Positions 35,324-44,380 of a DNA stretch of 64,000 nt are shown in pieces (position 1 is the first letter of the stretch; every line of letters starts with the position of its first letter). The notes beneath the pieces were generated by a model. It was not told the DNA's origin, ran no database searches, and saw only the letters and a list, made by a program, of their open reading frames with translations. The position numbers and the translations under genes are program-made. Origin of the DNA: Desulfobacterales bacterium (lineage in GTDB: Bacteria > Desulfobacterota > Desulfobacteria > Desulfobacterales > JAQWFD01); the NCBI GenBank assembly GCA_028704555.1, contig JAQWFD010000001.1, positions 69,401 through 133,400 of the forward strand. The letters run 5' to 3'.

Positions 35324-35713
35324 CTATCTTAAAATCAGACGGATAAGATTCGTCAAGCTTATATCAACAAGACCCAGAAAAGCCGATACGATAATAACAA
35401 AGATAAGTACAACCACTGTGGAACCGATCGTCTGCTTTCGACTTGGCCATGTGACTTTTTTAAGCTCTATCTTTACTTCCCTTAAAAACTGAACCGTTTT
35501 ATCGAAAAAGTTCTTTTCCTGTTGGGAAGATTTTGCTCCGCTTGATATTTTTTTTGGAACTGTGCTCTTTTTTTTAATTTTAACAGGAGCGGGAACCGAC
35601 CCTGACTGAATTATCGGACTTTCGTTTTCGTTCTGTTCTGGAAGTTCGGCACCGGCGTCAGTTGTTTTTTTCTTTACTTTATCAGGATTTTTTTTTCGCT
35701 GTAACCGTCCCAT
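35324..35713 (-). CDS. secE: preprotein translocase subunit SecE (long basic N-terminal extension)
   Basis: 129-aa ORF. C-terminal part FLREVKIELKKVTWPSRKQTIGSTVVVLIFVIIVSAFLGLVD is the SecE core with a single TM. The first ~65 aa are Lys/Pro/Ser-rich. Confidence 0.9.
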   Translation of the reverse strand: MGRLQRKKNPDKVKKKTTDAGAELPEQNENESPIIQSGSVPAPVKIKKKSTVPKKISSGAKSSQQEKNFFDKTVQFLREVKIELKKVTWPSRKQTIGSTVVVLIFVIIVSAFLGLVDISLTNLIRLILR

Positions 35714-35808
35714 TGCTCTCCTAAAATGCTGAAAAGCTCAAAGATGACGTATACCGGATACCAACTAATATCCCTCAACTGTTACCTCTGAGCTTTATAC
35801 AAAAAAAT

Positions 35809-35884
35809 TGGCAGGCCAGGAGGGATTTGAACCCCCAACCCTCGGATTTGGAGTCCGACGCTCTGCCGTTAGAGCTACTGGCCT
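35809..35884 (-). tRNA. tRNA-Trp (anticodon CCA)
   Basis: Minus strand: AGGCCAG-TA-GCTC...GAGC-G-TCGGA-CTCCAAA-TCCGA...GGGGG-TTCAAAT-CCCTC-CTGGCCT-G-CCA, 76 nt. Cloverleaf folded by hand; sits between rpmG and secE as in E. coli. Confidence 0.9.
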
Positions 35885-35925
35885 GCATAACCCCATCACA
35901 AATGGGTGGTCTGACTCAGCATCAA

Positions 35926-36075
35926 CTATTTTGTCTCTTTATGCGGAGTATGTTTTCTGCAGAAACGGCAATACTTGTTAAACTCCAACTTGTCCGGTGT
36001 TGTCCGTTTATTTTTTGTCGTCGTATAATTTCGTCTTTTGCATTCCGTACATGCAAGCGTCACAATAATTCTCAC
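35926..36075 (-). CDS. rpmG: 50S ribosomal protein L33 (Zn-binding form)
   Basis: Below the ORF-track cutoff. Hand translation from GTG 36075 gives (M)[48 protein letters not shown] then TAG. CxxC...CxxC. Confidence 0.88.
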   Translation of the reverse strand: MRIIVTLACTECKRRNYTTTKNKRTTPDKLEFNKYCRFCRKHTPHKETK

Positions 36076-36093
36076 CTGAAAACTCCCTAATTA

Positions 36094-37287
36094 TCATTCA
36101 AGGATTTCACTTACAACACCAGCACCGACGGTCCGGCCACCTTCTCTGATTGCAAACCGAAGTTCTTTTTCCATTGCAATCGGAGTAATGAGCTCAGCCA
36201 AAATCGATACATTATCACCAGGCATTACCATCTCAACCCCATCCGGCAACGTGATCACTCCGGTTACATCCGTTGTACGGAAATAAAACTGCGGACGGTA
36301 TCCATTGAAAAACGGCGTGTGGCGTCCGCCCTCTTCTTTACTCAAAATATATGTCTCTGCCTTGAACCTCGTGTGAGGTGTAATCGATCCGGGCTTGGCT
36401 ACTACCTGCCCGCGCTCAACCTCTTCTCTCTTGGTCCCCCGAAGCAGGACACCAATGTTGTCTCCGGCCTGTCCCTCATCCAGAAGTTTGCGGAACATCT
36501 CCACTCCGGTACATACCGTCTTGACAGTCGGCCTGATTCCAACGATCTCCACATCTTCTCCGACCTTGATAATCCCCCGATCAACACGGCCGGTGACCAC
36601 TGTCCCTCGTCCGGATATGCTGAACACATCTTCAATCGGCATCAAAAAAGGTTTGTCAACATCGCGTTCCGGCGCAGGAATATAGTTGTCGATTGCATCC
36701 ATCAACTGGAATATGCATTTGGCCGCATCGCTGTCGGCATCATCGCTCTCCAGTGCCTTCAATGCGCTGCCGCGAATAATCGGAGTATCATCTCCCGGAA
36801 AATCATACTTGTCCAGAAGCTCTCGCATCTCAAGCTCAACCAGCTCAATCAACTCTTCATCATCGACCATATCGCATTTGTTCAAAAACACAACGATCCG
36901 GGGAACACCGACCTGGCGAGCCAGCAATATATGCTCCCGGGTCTGCGGCATCGGTCCGTCATCAGCGCCAACCACCAGTATGGCTCCGTCCATCTGAGCG
37001 GCTCCGGTGATCATATTCTTGATATAGTCAGCATGGCCCGGACAGTCGACGTGCGCATAGTGCCGTTTTTCAGTTTCATATTCAACATGCGCGGTCGCAA
37101 TCGTTATGCCCCGGGCTCTTTCTTCAGGCGCCTTATCAATCTGATCAAACGAAATAAAATCCGCCATCCCCTTCAAGCCCATATGCTTTGTAATTGCTGC
37201 CGTCAAGGTCGTCTTCCCATGATCGATATGACCGATGGTACCCACATTCACATGAGGCTTTTTCCGCTCATACTTTGCCTTCGCCAT
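36094..37287 (-). CDS. tuf: elongation factor Tu (copy 2, tufB-like position)
   Basis: ORF track 36094..37308 trimmed to the ATG matching copy 1 ([12 protein letters not shown]). Protein identical to copy 1. Preceded by four tRNAs. Confidence 0.97.
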   Translation of the reverse strand: MAKAKYERKKPHVNVGTIGHIDHGKTTLTAAITKHMGLKGMADFISFDQIDKAPEERARGITIATAHVEYETEKRHYAHVDCPGHADYIKNMITGAAQMDGAILVVGADDGPMPQTREHILLARQVGVPRIVVFLNKCDMVDDEELIELVELEMRELLDKYDFPGDDTPIIRGSALKALESDDADSDAAKCIFQLMDAIDNYIPAPERDVDKPFLMPIEDVFSISGRGTVVTGRVDRGIIKVGEDVEIVGIRPTVKTVCTGVEMFRKLLDEGQAGDNIGVLLRGTKREEVERGQVVAKPGSITPHTRFKAETYILSKEEGGRHTPFFNGYRPQFYFRTTDVTGVITLPDGVEMVMPGDNVSILAELITPIAMEKELRFAIREGGRTVGAGVVSEILE

Positions 37288-37400
37288 ATTCAATTCCTCC
37301 CCTGTCATTATTATACAAGCTATTATTGTCTTTTTAAAAATCAGTGTCTTCCCTGGTCATCGCTCCGCAGGAAAGACAATCCAGAAAACAAAGATTAAAC

Positions 37401-37477
37401 TGGAGCCCACGACCGGGATTGAACCGGTGAACCTCTTCCTTACCAAGGAAGCGCTCTACCGACTGAGCTACGTGGGC
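37401..37477 (-). tRNA. tRNA-Thr (anticodon GGT)
   Basis: Minus strand GCCCACG...CTTCC-TTGGTAA-GGAAG...ACCGG-TTCAATC-CCGGT-CGTGGGC-T-CCA. Folded by hand. Confidence 0.9.
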
Positions 37478-37542
37478 TTTAATGGAGCGTCCACTTACTT
37501 TAATGTAAGCGCATTTTTTGAAGACATTCATCGCTTTTATTC

Positions 37543-37618
37543 TGGAGCGGGAGACGAGGCTCGAACTCGCGACATTCAGCTTGGAAGGCTGAAGCTCTAC
37601 CAACTGAGCTACTCCCGC
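37543..37618 (-). tRNA. tRNA-Gly (anticodon TCC)
   Basis: Minus strand GCGGGAG...TCAGC-CTTCCAA-GCTGA...GCGAG-TTCGAGC-CTCGT-CTCCCGC-T-CCA. Confidence 0.9.
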
Positions 37619-37775
37619 TTTTCAAAACGGCGTTAACTCGCCAAGTTATATCAGTTCGCGCGAATGCTCCTCAAAGCATAAAGAAAGCAGCATAATACTC
37701 GTGGGAAGCTATGCAGTATTACCGATTCCCTCCCAAAAAAAGAAATCTCCTGCATTCAACTTGCGATGAGGATAG

Positions 37776-37860
37776 TGGTGGTGGGGGGAGGATTCGAACC
37801 TCCGAAGGCTTTGCCGACAGATTTACAGTCTGTTCCCTTTGGCCGCTCGGGAACCCCACC
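37776..37860 (-). tRNA. tRNA-Tyr (anticodon GTA, long variable arm)
   Basis: Minus strand GGTGGGG...ACAGA-CTGTAAA-TCTGT, variable arm CGGCAAAGCCTTCG, then GGAGG-TTCGAAT-CCTCC-CCCCACC-A-CCA, 85 nt. Confidence 0.9.
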
Positions 37861-37876
37861 ATATATTTTTAAACCA

Positions 37877-37952
37877 TGGAGCCAGCGGAGGGACTCGAAC
37901 CCCCGACCCACTGATTACAAATCAGTAGCTCTACCAGCTGAGCTACGCTGGC
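37877..37952 (-). tRNA. tRNA-Thr (anticodon TGT)
   Basis: Minus strand GCCAGCG...ACTGA-TTTGTAA-TCAGT...GGGGG-TTCGAGT-CCCTC-CGCTGGC-T-CCA. The order Thr(UGU)-Tyr-Gly(UCC)-Thr(GGU)-tuf mirrors E. coli thrU-tyrU-glyT-thrT-tufB. Confidence 0.9.
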
Positions 37953-38262
37953 GCTCCATAATAAATGTGAAATAACCGTCGTCTCAAAATATTTACTACT
38001 ATCAAGGTTTTCTGAAAGTTTCAAGATAAATTTTCAGTCTGACTCAAAAAAACACGGTTATGAATTTATTTGTTCTAAAATGAATCATCTGCATTCATTC
38101 GTTTTATTTAACGACCTGCGGCTTATACACGATTTTTTTTAAAAGTTCAACCTTAATATATTCTATTTTTTCATCCGCAAACAAGTTTTTTTTCAATCTG
38201 CAGACCATGTCGATCCATTTAAATACACGTTGACCCCTTTTAGAACCTTCATCCAGCTTTTG

Positions 38263-38371
38263 GGGCTTGATCATAACTGCCGGTCATATTTTGCCGTGCG
38301 CAGGCTCGGAGTCCCGCCCGTTGCCGGCGTACGACAGGGTGGCCGCAGTTATGATCAGGCCCAACTTTTTT
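38263..38371 (+). ncRNA. candidate structured RNA or orphan terminator-like element
   Basis: An 18-bp closing stem (38263-38280 pairs with 38345-38362, one G-U) encloses a 64-nt GC-rich interior and is followed by AA-C-TTTTTT. No plus-strand gene lies upstream for it to terminate, and I found no clear promoter. Confidence 0.25.
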
Positions 38372-38926
38372 CATTGTTTTGTATACACTGTCGGCTCATC
38401 GACGGACACTCGATCGATCTTATCGACAAAAGATTTAATTTTATGCTATATGTTTTTATATGCTTATTTAATTGTATGCTTAGCCACCCGAACGCGGCTG
38501 CAACCGCGACATACCCGGTTATATAATATATTATTCAATAATTTCTAATCGTCATATTTTCTAAGGCTTATCTCTGATAATTTATCAGTACCACTGATAA
38601 GCATAAACATTTGCCTGTTGCCCGTGAATTTTATTTTCAAGTGATGGTCATTGACGGCCGTTTCGTATCCAAAAATTAAATTTTCAAGTCTGTGCCCGAC
38701 TGTAAAATGACCAATAAATCGAGGTATTGCACGAATTGTTGCTCAGGTACACCGTGCAAACCATTTTAAGAATTGACACAGAAGTTGGGGAAAAAGTCAA
38801 TTTATGGATAAAAATAAACTAATGATAAGGTCTTGACAAGATTCAAGACATCTGTTTAGTGTCACAGACAAAATATGGTTTTAACTAAATGAGATCTCAC
38901 CAACCCACTACAGGTAAGGAACCGTT

Positions 38927-40828
38927 TTGCATAAAAAATTCATGATATTCATAGCTACAGCCTTTATTCTGATATATCTTTGCAGCGCATGCGCAAAACA
39001 ATCCCACCGACCGACGGTAAATGGCAATGCCCAGGCACAGCCAAAAAATCAGATCGACGAGACAATTTCAGACGAGACAGTTTCAATTGATTCGACCACG
39101 GCATTCTGCCTTGCGACAAACGCAGCAGCACCAGATAAGGCTCAACGCATCCCTGCCGATTCAGATTCATCAGACCAGACAGTATCTGCAGGTACTCAGC
39201 CCTCATTCAATGATCAGGAAAAGGACTCAGACGGCTATGCAACCGAGGAAAACCCCTTCGAAAAATTCATTCAGCCCAAATTGGATGAGTCACTGGACTA
39301 CTGCAAAGAATCACAACATTACTGGCAAAAAGGTGATTTTGACAATGCGATAGAGTCACTGGATCAAGCCTATTCCTTAATTTTAGACGCCGATACAAAT
39401 GATGATCCAAAGCTGTTTCAACAAAAAGAAGATCTTCGTTTCATGATTTCAAAACGCATTCTTGAAATCTATGCGTCACGAAATATCGTCGTAACCGGAA
39501 ATCACAATGCCATCCCACTGGTTTTAAATAAACACATACAAAATGAAATCGATTGTTTTACCCATCAGGAGAAAAACTTTTTCATTCAGTCCTATAAACG
39601 TGCCGGTCAATTCCGCCCCTCGGTTCTCGCAGCGCTCAAAGAAGCCGGATTACCGGAAGAATTGTCATGGCTGCCACTGATTGAAAGTGGATTTAAAGTA
39701 ACCGCCCTGTCCAAAGCCAGAGCACTTGGACTATGGCAGTTTATCCCCTCAACCGGTTACAAATTCGGACTGACGCGGGATATGTTCACTGATGAACGGC
39801 TGGATCCGGTCAAATCAACCCATGCGGCAATTGCATATTTAAAAGAGCTGCATAACATGTTCGGGGACTGGACGACGGTGCTGGCCGCCTATAACTGCGG
39901 CGAAGGTCGGGTACTCAAATTGATACGGAATCAAAATATCAACTATCTGGATAATTTCTGGGATCTTTATGAAAAACTGCCGCAGGAAACGGCCAGATAT
40001 GTTCCAAGATTTCTTGCAACCCTCCATATCATCAAAAACCTCGAAAAGTATGGATTCAGCGATATAGAGTCGGACGATCCCTTAGAATATGATACCATAA
40101 CCGTCGCAAAGCAGATGCGCTTGAAAGATATTGCAGCTCATATTCAAGAACCCGAAAAACTGCTCGTTCAACTAAATCCGGAACTTCGATATAAAATTCT
40201 TCCACAAGAAACTTACACGTTAAAAGTCCCCAAAGGCAAAGCGGAAATCATACTTTCCGAGATTGACAATATTTCCATATCATCTCCCCCTGAAAAAGAG
40301 TTTGTGCACCATCGTGTTAAACACGGCGAGACGCTGTCTTCAATTGCCGGTCGATATCATACCAGTGTCAGAAAAATCATGCGTGTCAACCATCTTAAAA
40401 AAAGCAACCATATTGTTGCAGGGAAAAAACTTAAAATTCCTTTCAAAGGCACGATGGTATCTGAGCTGAACGCACCTTCCGATCGGAACAAGGCAATAAA
40501 ATCTTCCATTCCTTCGACTCATGTGGTGAAAAGAGGGGATTCTCTCTGGATTATTGCCAAACGATATGCTACTACAACACAAAAAATTCAACACCTCAAT
40601 AAATTGAACACAACCCGGCTTTATATCGGTCAGGTTTTAAATATTCCCGGATCAGCTGATCAAAAAACGGCCGATAAAGGCAACCTTAAAACTTATTGTG
40701 TTAAAAACGGTGACAACCCTTTTGGCATATGCCAATACAATAACATGTCACTGGAACGTTTTTTGCGTATTAACAATCTGACTTCAAACAGTAAGATTTA
40801 TCCGGGACAGACCGTTTTTGTTGATTAA
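38927..40828 (+). CDS. membrane-bound lytic murein transglycosylase D-like protein (SLT domain plus 3 LysM)
   Basis: 633-aa ORF. Hydrophobic signal-like N-terminus, SLT catalytic block ELSWLPLIESGFK...ALGLWQFIPSTG, three C-terminal LysM repeats (HRVKHGETLSSIAGRY.., HVVKRGDSLWIIAKRY.., YCVKNGDNPFGICQYN..). Start is TTG 38927 or ATG 38942. Confidence 0.88.
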   Translation: MHKKFMIFIATAFILIYLCSACAKQSHRPTVNGNAQAQPKNQIDETISDETVSIDSTTAFCLATNAAAPDKAQRIPADSDSSDQTVSAGTQPSFNDQEKDSDGYATEENPFEKFIQPKLDESLDYCKESQHYWQKGDFDNAIESLDQAYSLILDADTNDDPKLFQQKEDLRFMISKRILEIYASRNIVVTGNHNAIPLVLNKHIQNEIDCFTHQEKNFFIQSYKRAGQFRPSVLAALKEAGLPEELSWLPLIESGFKVTALSKARALGLWQFIPSTGYKFGLTRDMFTDERLDPVKSTHAAIAYLKELHNMFGDWTTVLAAYNCGEGRVLKLIRNQNINYLDNFWDLYEKLPQETARYVPRFLATLHIIKNLEKYGFSDIESDDPLEYDTITVAKQMRLKDIAAHIQEPEKLLVQLNPELRYKILPQETYTLKVPKGKAEIILSEIDNISISSPPEKEFVHHRVKHGETLSSIAGRYHTSVRKIMRVNHLKKSNHIVAGKKLKIPFKGTMVSELNAPSDRNKAIKSSIPSTHVVKRGDSLWIIAKRYATTTQKIQHLNKLNTTRLYIGQVLNIPGSADQKTADKGNLKTYCVKNGDNPFGICQYNNMSLERFLRINNLTSNSKIYPGQTVFVD

Positions 40829-40843
40829 AAGCTGACAATATCC

Positions 40844-40919
40844 GCCCCCGTAGCTCAGTGGATAGAGCAATGGATTCCTAATCCATGTGCCGCAGGTCCG
40901 ATTCCTGCCGGGGGCACCA
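40844..40919 (+). tRNA. tRNA-Arg (anticodon CCT), atypical T-loop
   Basis: GCCCCCG-TA-GCTC-AGTGGATA-GAGC-A-ATGGA-TTCCTAA-TCCAT-GTGCC-GCAGG-TCCGATT-CCTGC-CGGGGGC-A-CCA. The T-loop reads TCCGATT, with C where the near-invariant U55 is expected. Confidence 0.8.
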
Positions 40920-40929
40920 CAATTTTAAA

Positions 40930-41112
40930 ATGGTGCCATCAAGGGCTTAAAAGGGAATTCCGTGTAAACCGGAAGCGGTCCCGCCGCTGTAATCGGGGAC
41001 GAACGCTGCATCAGGCCACTGCATGGTCTCAACCTTGCGGGAAGGCGCAGTCAGTAGATTGATCCGATAGCCAGAAGACCTGCCATAGACAACCGCTACT
41101 TGTGGAAATGGT
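40930..41112 (+). promoter_or_regulatory. cobalamin (AdoCbl) riboswitch
   Basis: Conserved core elements are visible: AAAAGGGAA, GTGTAAACCGGAAGCGGTCCCGCCGCTGTAA, GCCACTG, GGGAAGGC, and a B12-box-like AGCCAGAAGACCTGCC. Lies directly upstream of cobT and is followed by a terminator hairpin. Confidence 0.85.
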
Positions 41113-41147
41113 AAATCCCCAAGCGTATATACGCTTGGGGATTTTTT
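41113..41147 (+). terminator. riboswitch expression-platform terminator
   Basis: AAATCCCCAAGCG-TATATA-CGCTTGGGGATTTTTTT. Perfect 13-bp stem plus a T7 run, 43 nt before the cobT ATG. Confidence 0.85.
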
Positions 41148-41189
41148 TATATTTAAGGTCTGTATTTCCAAAAAAAAGGAGGACATACG

Positions 41190-42272
41190 ATGGACAGATC
41201 CATTATTGAATTGGAAGACATCATTATCGGGATCAAACCGGTAGACGGGCAATGGATTGAAAAAGCCAGGACGCGAACATCCCGACTGGTGATGCCCACA
41301 CGTGCACTGGGACGGCTTCACGATATATCCGAACGGATGTGCGGAATCTCCCGGACCCTTCAGCCGTCGGTCCGGAACAAAGCCGTCCTGATCATGGCGG
41401 CAGACCACGGAATCGTTGATGAAGGCGTCAGCGCCTATCCGCAGGAAGTCACAGGGGAAATGATAAAAACCTTCCTGAAAGACGGGGCAGGCATCAACGT
41501 CATTTCATCGTATGTCGGGGTTCAGGTCCAGGTGGTTGATGTCGGCATCATCCCTGAACTTGATCCGAATTCCCTTTCCGGTGGAGAAAAGCTCCATATT
41601 GAAAAAATCAGAAAAGGAACCTCGAATTTTGCCAAGGGCCCGGCCATGAACCTCCATGACGCGCGGCAGTCTCTGATGACCGGCTTTACACATGCCTCCC
41701 GTCTTTTTAAAAACGGGACAGACATTATCGGCACCGGAGATATGGGAATCGGAAACACAACCCCGTCTGCCGCAATCGGATCCGTCATTACCGGAAAGCG
41801 TCTGGATGAAATGGTGGGACCGGGTACCGGGCTCGATGACAAGGGAATCATCAAAAAAAAGAACGCTATTTTACGCGGGATTGAGCTGAATCAGCCGGAC
41901 CCTGAAAACGGACTCGATATTCTGGCCAAAATCGGCGGTTTTGAAATCGGGGCCATTGCCGGGACCATCCTTGCAGCAGCCTTCCATCAAAAACCTGTGG
42001 TAGTAGACGGCCTGATTTCAACCGCCGGCGCCCTTATCGCCCACTGCCTCTGTCCGGCTTCCGCAGGCTATATGTTCGCCGGGCACTGTTCGGAAGAACC
42101 CGGTCACAAGGCAATGCTGGCCTGGCTGGGGCTTGATCCCATTCTGGATCTGGGCATGCGGCTGGGCGAAGGCAGCGGTGGCGCCCTTTCCATGACAATC
42201 ATCGAAGCGGCGATCCGGGTCCTTTGTGACATGATGACATTTGACGAAGCGAGCGTAAGCAATAAGGAATAG
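41190..42272 (+). CDS. cobT: nicotinate-nucleotide--dimethylbenzimidazole phosphoribosyltransferase
   Basis: 360-aa ORF with RBS AAGGAGGA. Contains the CobT blocks VLIMAADHGIVDEGVSAYPQEVT and GTGDMGIGNTTPSAAI. Confidence 0.92.
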   Translation: MDRSIIELEDIIIGIKPVDGQWIEKARTRTSRLVMPTRALGRLHDISERMCGISRTLQPSVRNKAVLIMAADHGIVDEGVSAYPQEVTGEMIKTFLKDGAGINVISSYVGVQVQVVDVGIIPELDPNSLSGGEKLHIEKIRKGTSNFAKGPAMNLHDARQSLMTGFTHASRLFKNGTDIIGTGDMGIGNTTPSAAIGSVITGKRLDEMVGPGTGLDDKGIIKKKNAILRGIELNQPDPENGLDILAKIGGFEIGAIAGTILAAAFHQKPVVVDGLISTAGALIAHCLCPASAGYMFAGHCSEEPGHKAMLAWLGLDPILDLGMRLGEGSGGALSMTIIEAAIRVLCDMMTFDEASVSNKE

Positions 42273-42550
42273 CAATCAGAGGGCGGAGGGCAAAATCACC
42301 TCTCTTTTTTAAATCAATGACAAAGGCCCGGTGAAAAGCAAGCGGCAGACTACCCTTTTCAGCTTTACGGATTCAGCTTTTTTTAATTTCTATTTTATTT
42401 TTGCCCCTGATCTGTTAGAAAAAAAGTTCAATCCCTGTTAAATTTGCAAAAAGGCCCTGTTCGAGCATTTTTTAATGTTTAAATAGATACGATCTGTTGG
42501 ATAGCCAAGGACATAGAGGAGTCAGCGGGCCAGTGCCCTCAACATTGCTA

Positions 42551-43792
42551 ATGAGTCATACACCGAAAAAAGTCGAGCTTCTGGCGCCGGCCGGAAATCT
42601 GGAAAAGCTTGAAATTGCCGTTCATTATGGGGCAGATGCCATTTACCTTTCCGGAAAAGAATTCAGTCTGAGAAGCTATTCAGGCAATTTTTCCCGGGAT
42701 GAAATCAGACAGGCGGTCTCCCTGGCTCACGACCACGACGTCCGGGTTTATGTGGCCTGTAACGTCTACTCAAGAAATAACGAACAAGACGCCATCACTG
42801 ACTATCTTCACGCACTCAGAGACATCAGCCCCGATGCGGTCATCATTTCGGACCCCGGCATCCTGATGGAAGCCTTTAAAATCATGTCCGGCATCCCGGT
42901 TCACCTGAGTACCCAAGCCAATACCACCAATTACCGGACAGCGCTGTTCTGGAAGCAGCTCGGAGTCTCGCGGGTCAACGTTGCCAGAGAACTGACCCTG
43001 AAAGAAATCCGTGAAATCGCTGACCGGAGTGCCATGGAAGTTGAGGCATTTGTCCATGGCGCCATGTGCATTTCCTATTCCGGCCGTTGTCTTCTGAGCA
43101 GTTTCATGGCAAAACGTGACAGCAACCGCGGTCTGTGCTGTCATCCATGCCGCTGGAACTACGCCGTAGTCGAGGCCCTGCGTCCCGGCGAATATATGCC
43201 GATCACAGAGGATGACCGCGGCAGTTATATCTTTAATTCAAAAGATCTTTGCATGATCGACCACATTCCCGAACTGATAGCTGCCGGCATCCATTCGTTC
43301 AAAATTGAAGGCCGCATGAAGGGAATCAATTATCTGGCATCGGTCGTAAAGGTTTACCGCGAAGCCATAGATGCCTGGTACCGCAGTCCATCCCGCTATC
43401 AGGTTCAGCCCTACTGGCGAGAGGAACTTTTAAAAATAAATAACCGGCACTACTGCACCGGATTTTATTTTGGAGACCCGGACCAGATAATGCCCAATTA
43501 TGATCTTGGCCAGTCAGCATCGCCATATATATTCTGCGGCAAAATAACCGGGGCCACCTGTGACGGTCTGACCCCCGTTGAGGTAAGAAACAAGATTTTC
43601 AACGGCGACCCCATAGAAATTCTTGAGACTTCCGGTCCGGCAAAAACTGACAAAATCATTGATATATACGATAACGATGGGCTATCTGTTCCGTTTGCAC
43701 AACCGGGCAGCCGGGTTTTTCTTAAATTGGGGAAAAATTACAGGCCAAGTGATCTGATCCGAAAACTGACACAGCAGACTGAACCGGCATAA
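42551..43792 (+). CDS. peptidase U32 family protein (4Fe-4S / O2-independent hydroxylase-type family)
   Basis: The ORF track starts at TTG 42497. I prefer ATG 42551 (MSHTPKKVELLAPAGNLEKL, the usual U32 N-terminus). Four-Cys motif C-x6-C-x15-C-x3-C in HGAMCISYSGRCLLSSFMAKRDSNRGLCCHPC. Confidence 0.85.
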   Translation: MSHTPKKVELLAPAGNLEKLEIAVHYGADAIYLSGKEFSLRSYSGNFSRDEIRQAVSLAHDHDVRVYVACNVYSRNNEQDAITDYLHALRDISPDAVIISDPGILMEAFKIMSGIPVHLSTQANTTNYRTALFWKQLGVSRVNVARELTLKEIREIADRSAMEVEAFVHGAMCISYSGRCLLSSFMAKRDSNRGLCCHPCRWNYAVVEALRPGEYMPITEDDRGSYIFNSKDLCMIDHIPELIAAGIHSFKIEGRMKGINYLASVVKVYREAIDAWYRSPSRYQVQPYWREELLKINNRHYCTGFYFGDPDQIMPNYDLGQSASPYIFCGKITGATCDGLTPVEVRNKIFNGDPIEILETSGPAKTDKIIDIYDNDGLSVPFAQPGSRVFLKLGKNYRPSDLIRKLTQQTEPA

Positions 43793-43864
43793 TCCGACGG
43801 TGTTGCCATTTGACACCTCCTGAACAACCTTTAATGCAACTTACAGACCTGAGGAGGAAAGATT

Positions 43865-44380
43865 ATGAAAGGTTATGTGCAGATCTATACGGGTAACGGC
43901 AAGGGGAAAACAACCGCATCTCTGGGACTGTCCATACGGGCGGCCGGCGCCGGACTCAAGGTCTATATCGCTCAGTTCCTCAAAATGGGCGACTACAGCG
44001 AAATCAAGGCGCTTCAACGTTTTTCGGACCTTATCACCATAGAGCAGTTCGGCTTGGGCGAATTTATCAAAGGCAAACCCTCACCGAAAGAAATCAAATC
44101 CGCCCTTGCCGGCCTTGAAAAAATCAAATCGATCATTGCCGCCGACGAGCATGATGTGGTGATCATGGAAGAAGGAAATGTGGCGGTCATGTGCGGTTTG
44201 TTTCCCGTCGAAGAGCTGCTGAACATCATTGACGCAAAGCCGGAACATATGGAGCTTGTCATCACCGGGCGGGGCGCGGATCCAAAGGTAATCGAAAAAG
44301 CAGACCTGGTAACCGAAATGAAAGAGATCAAGCACTATTACCAGAAAGGGGTCCAGGCCAGAGTTGGAATCGAAAAATAA
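43865..44380 (+). CDS. cobO: cob(I)yrinic acid a,c-diamide adenosyltransferase
   Basis: 171-aa ORF, MKGYVQIYTGNGKGKTTASLGLSIRAAGAG (CobA/CobO/BtuR P-loop). Confidence 0.92.
   Translation: MKGYVQIYTGNGKGKTTASLGLSIRAAGAGLKVYIAQFLKMGDYSEIKALQRFSDLITIEQFGLGEFIKGKPSPKEIKSALAGLEKIKSIIAADEHDVVIMEEGNVAVMCGLFPVEELLNIIDAKPEHMELVITGRGADPKVIEKADLVTEMKEIKHYYQKGVQARVGIEK

Noticed and set aside
35827-36090. 87-aa plus-strand ORF
   Set aside because: Overlaps tRNA-Trp and the hand-identified rpmG (L33) on the minus strand.
37334-37975. ORFs 37334..37603(-), 37427..37636(+), 37766..37975(+)
   Set aside because: They are translations through four tRNA genes (Thr, Gly, Tyr, Thr).
38263-38371. Identification of the long hairpin element as SRP (4.5S) RNA or 6S RNA
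   Set aside because: It lacks the conserved SRP domain IV sequence (…GGAAGGAAGCAG-like) and is too short for 6S, without a central bubble architecture. Kept only as an unclassified candidate.
40947-41408. 153-aa minus-strand ORF
   Set aside because: Covers the cobalamin riboswitch, its terminator and the cobT 5' end on the opposite strand, so it is not credible as a gene.
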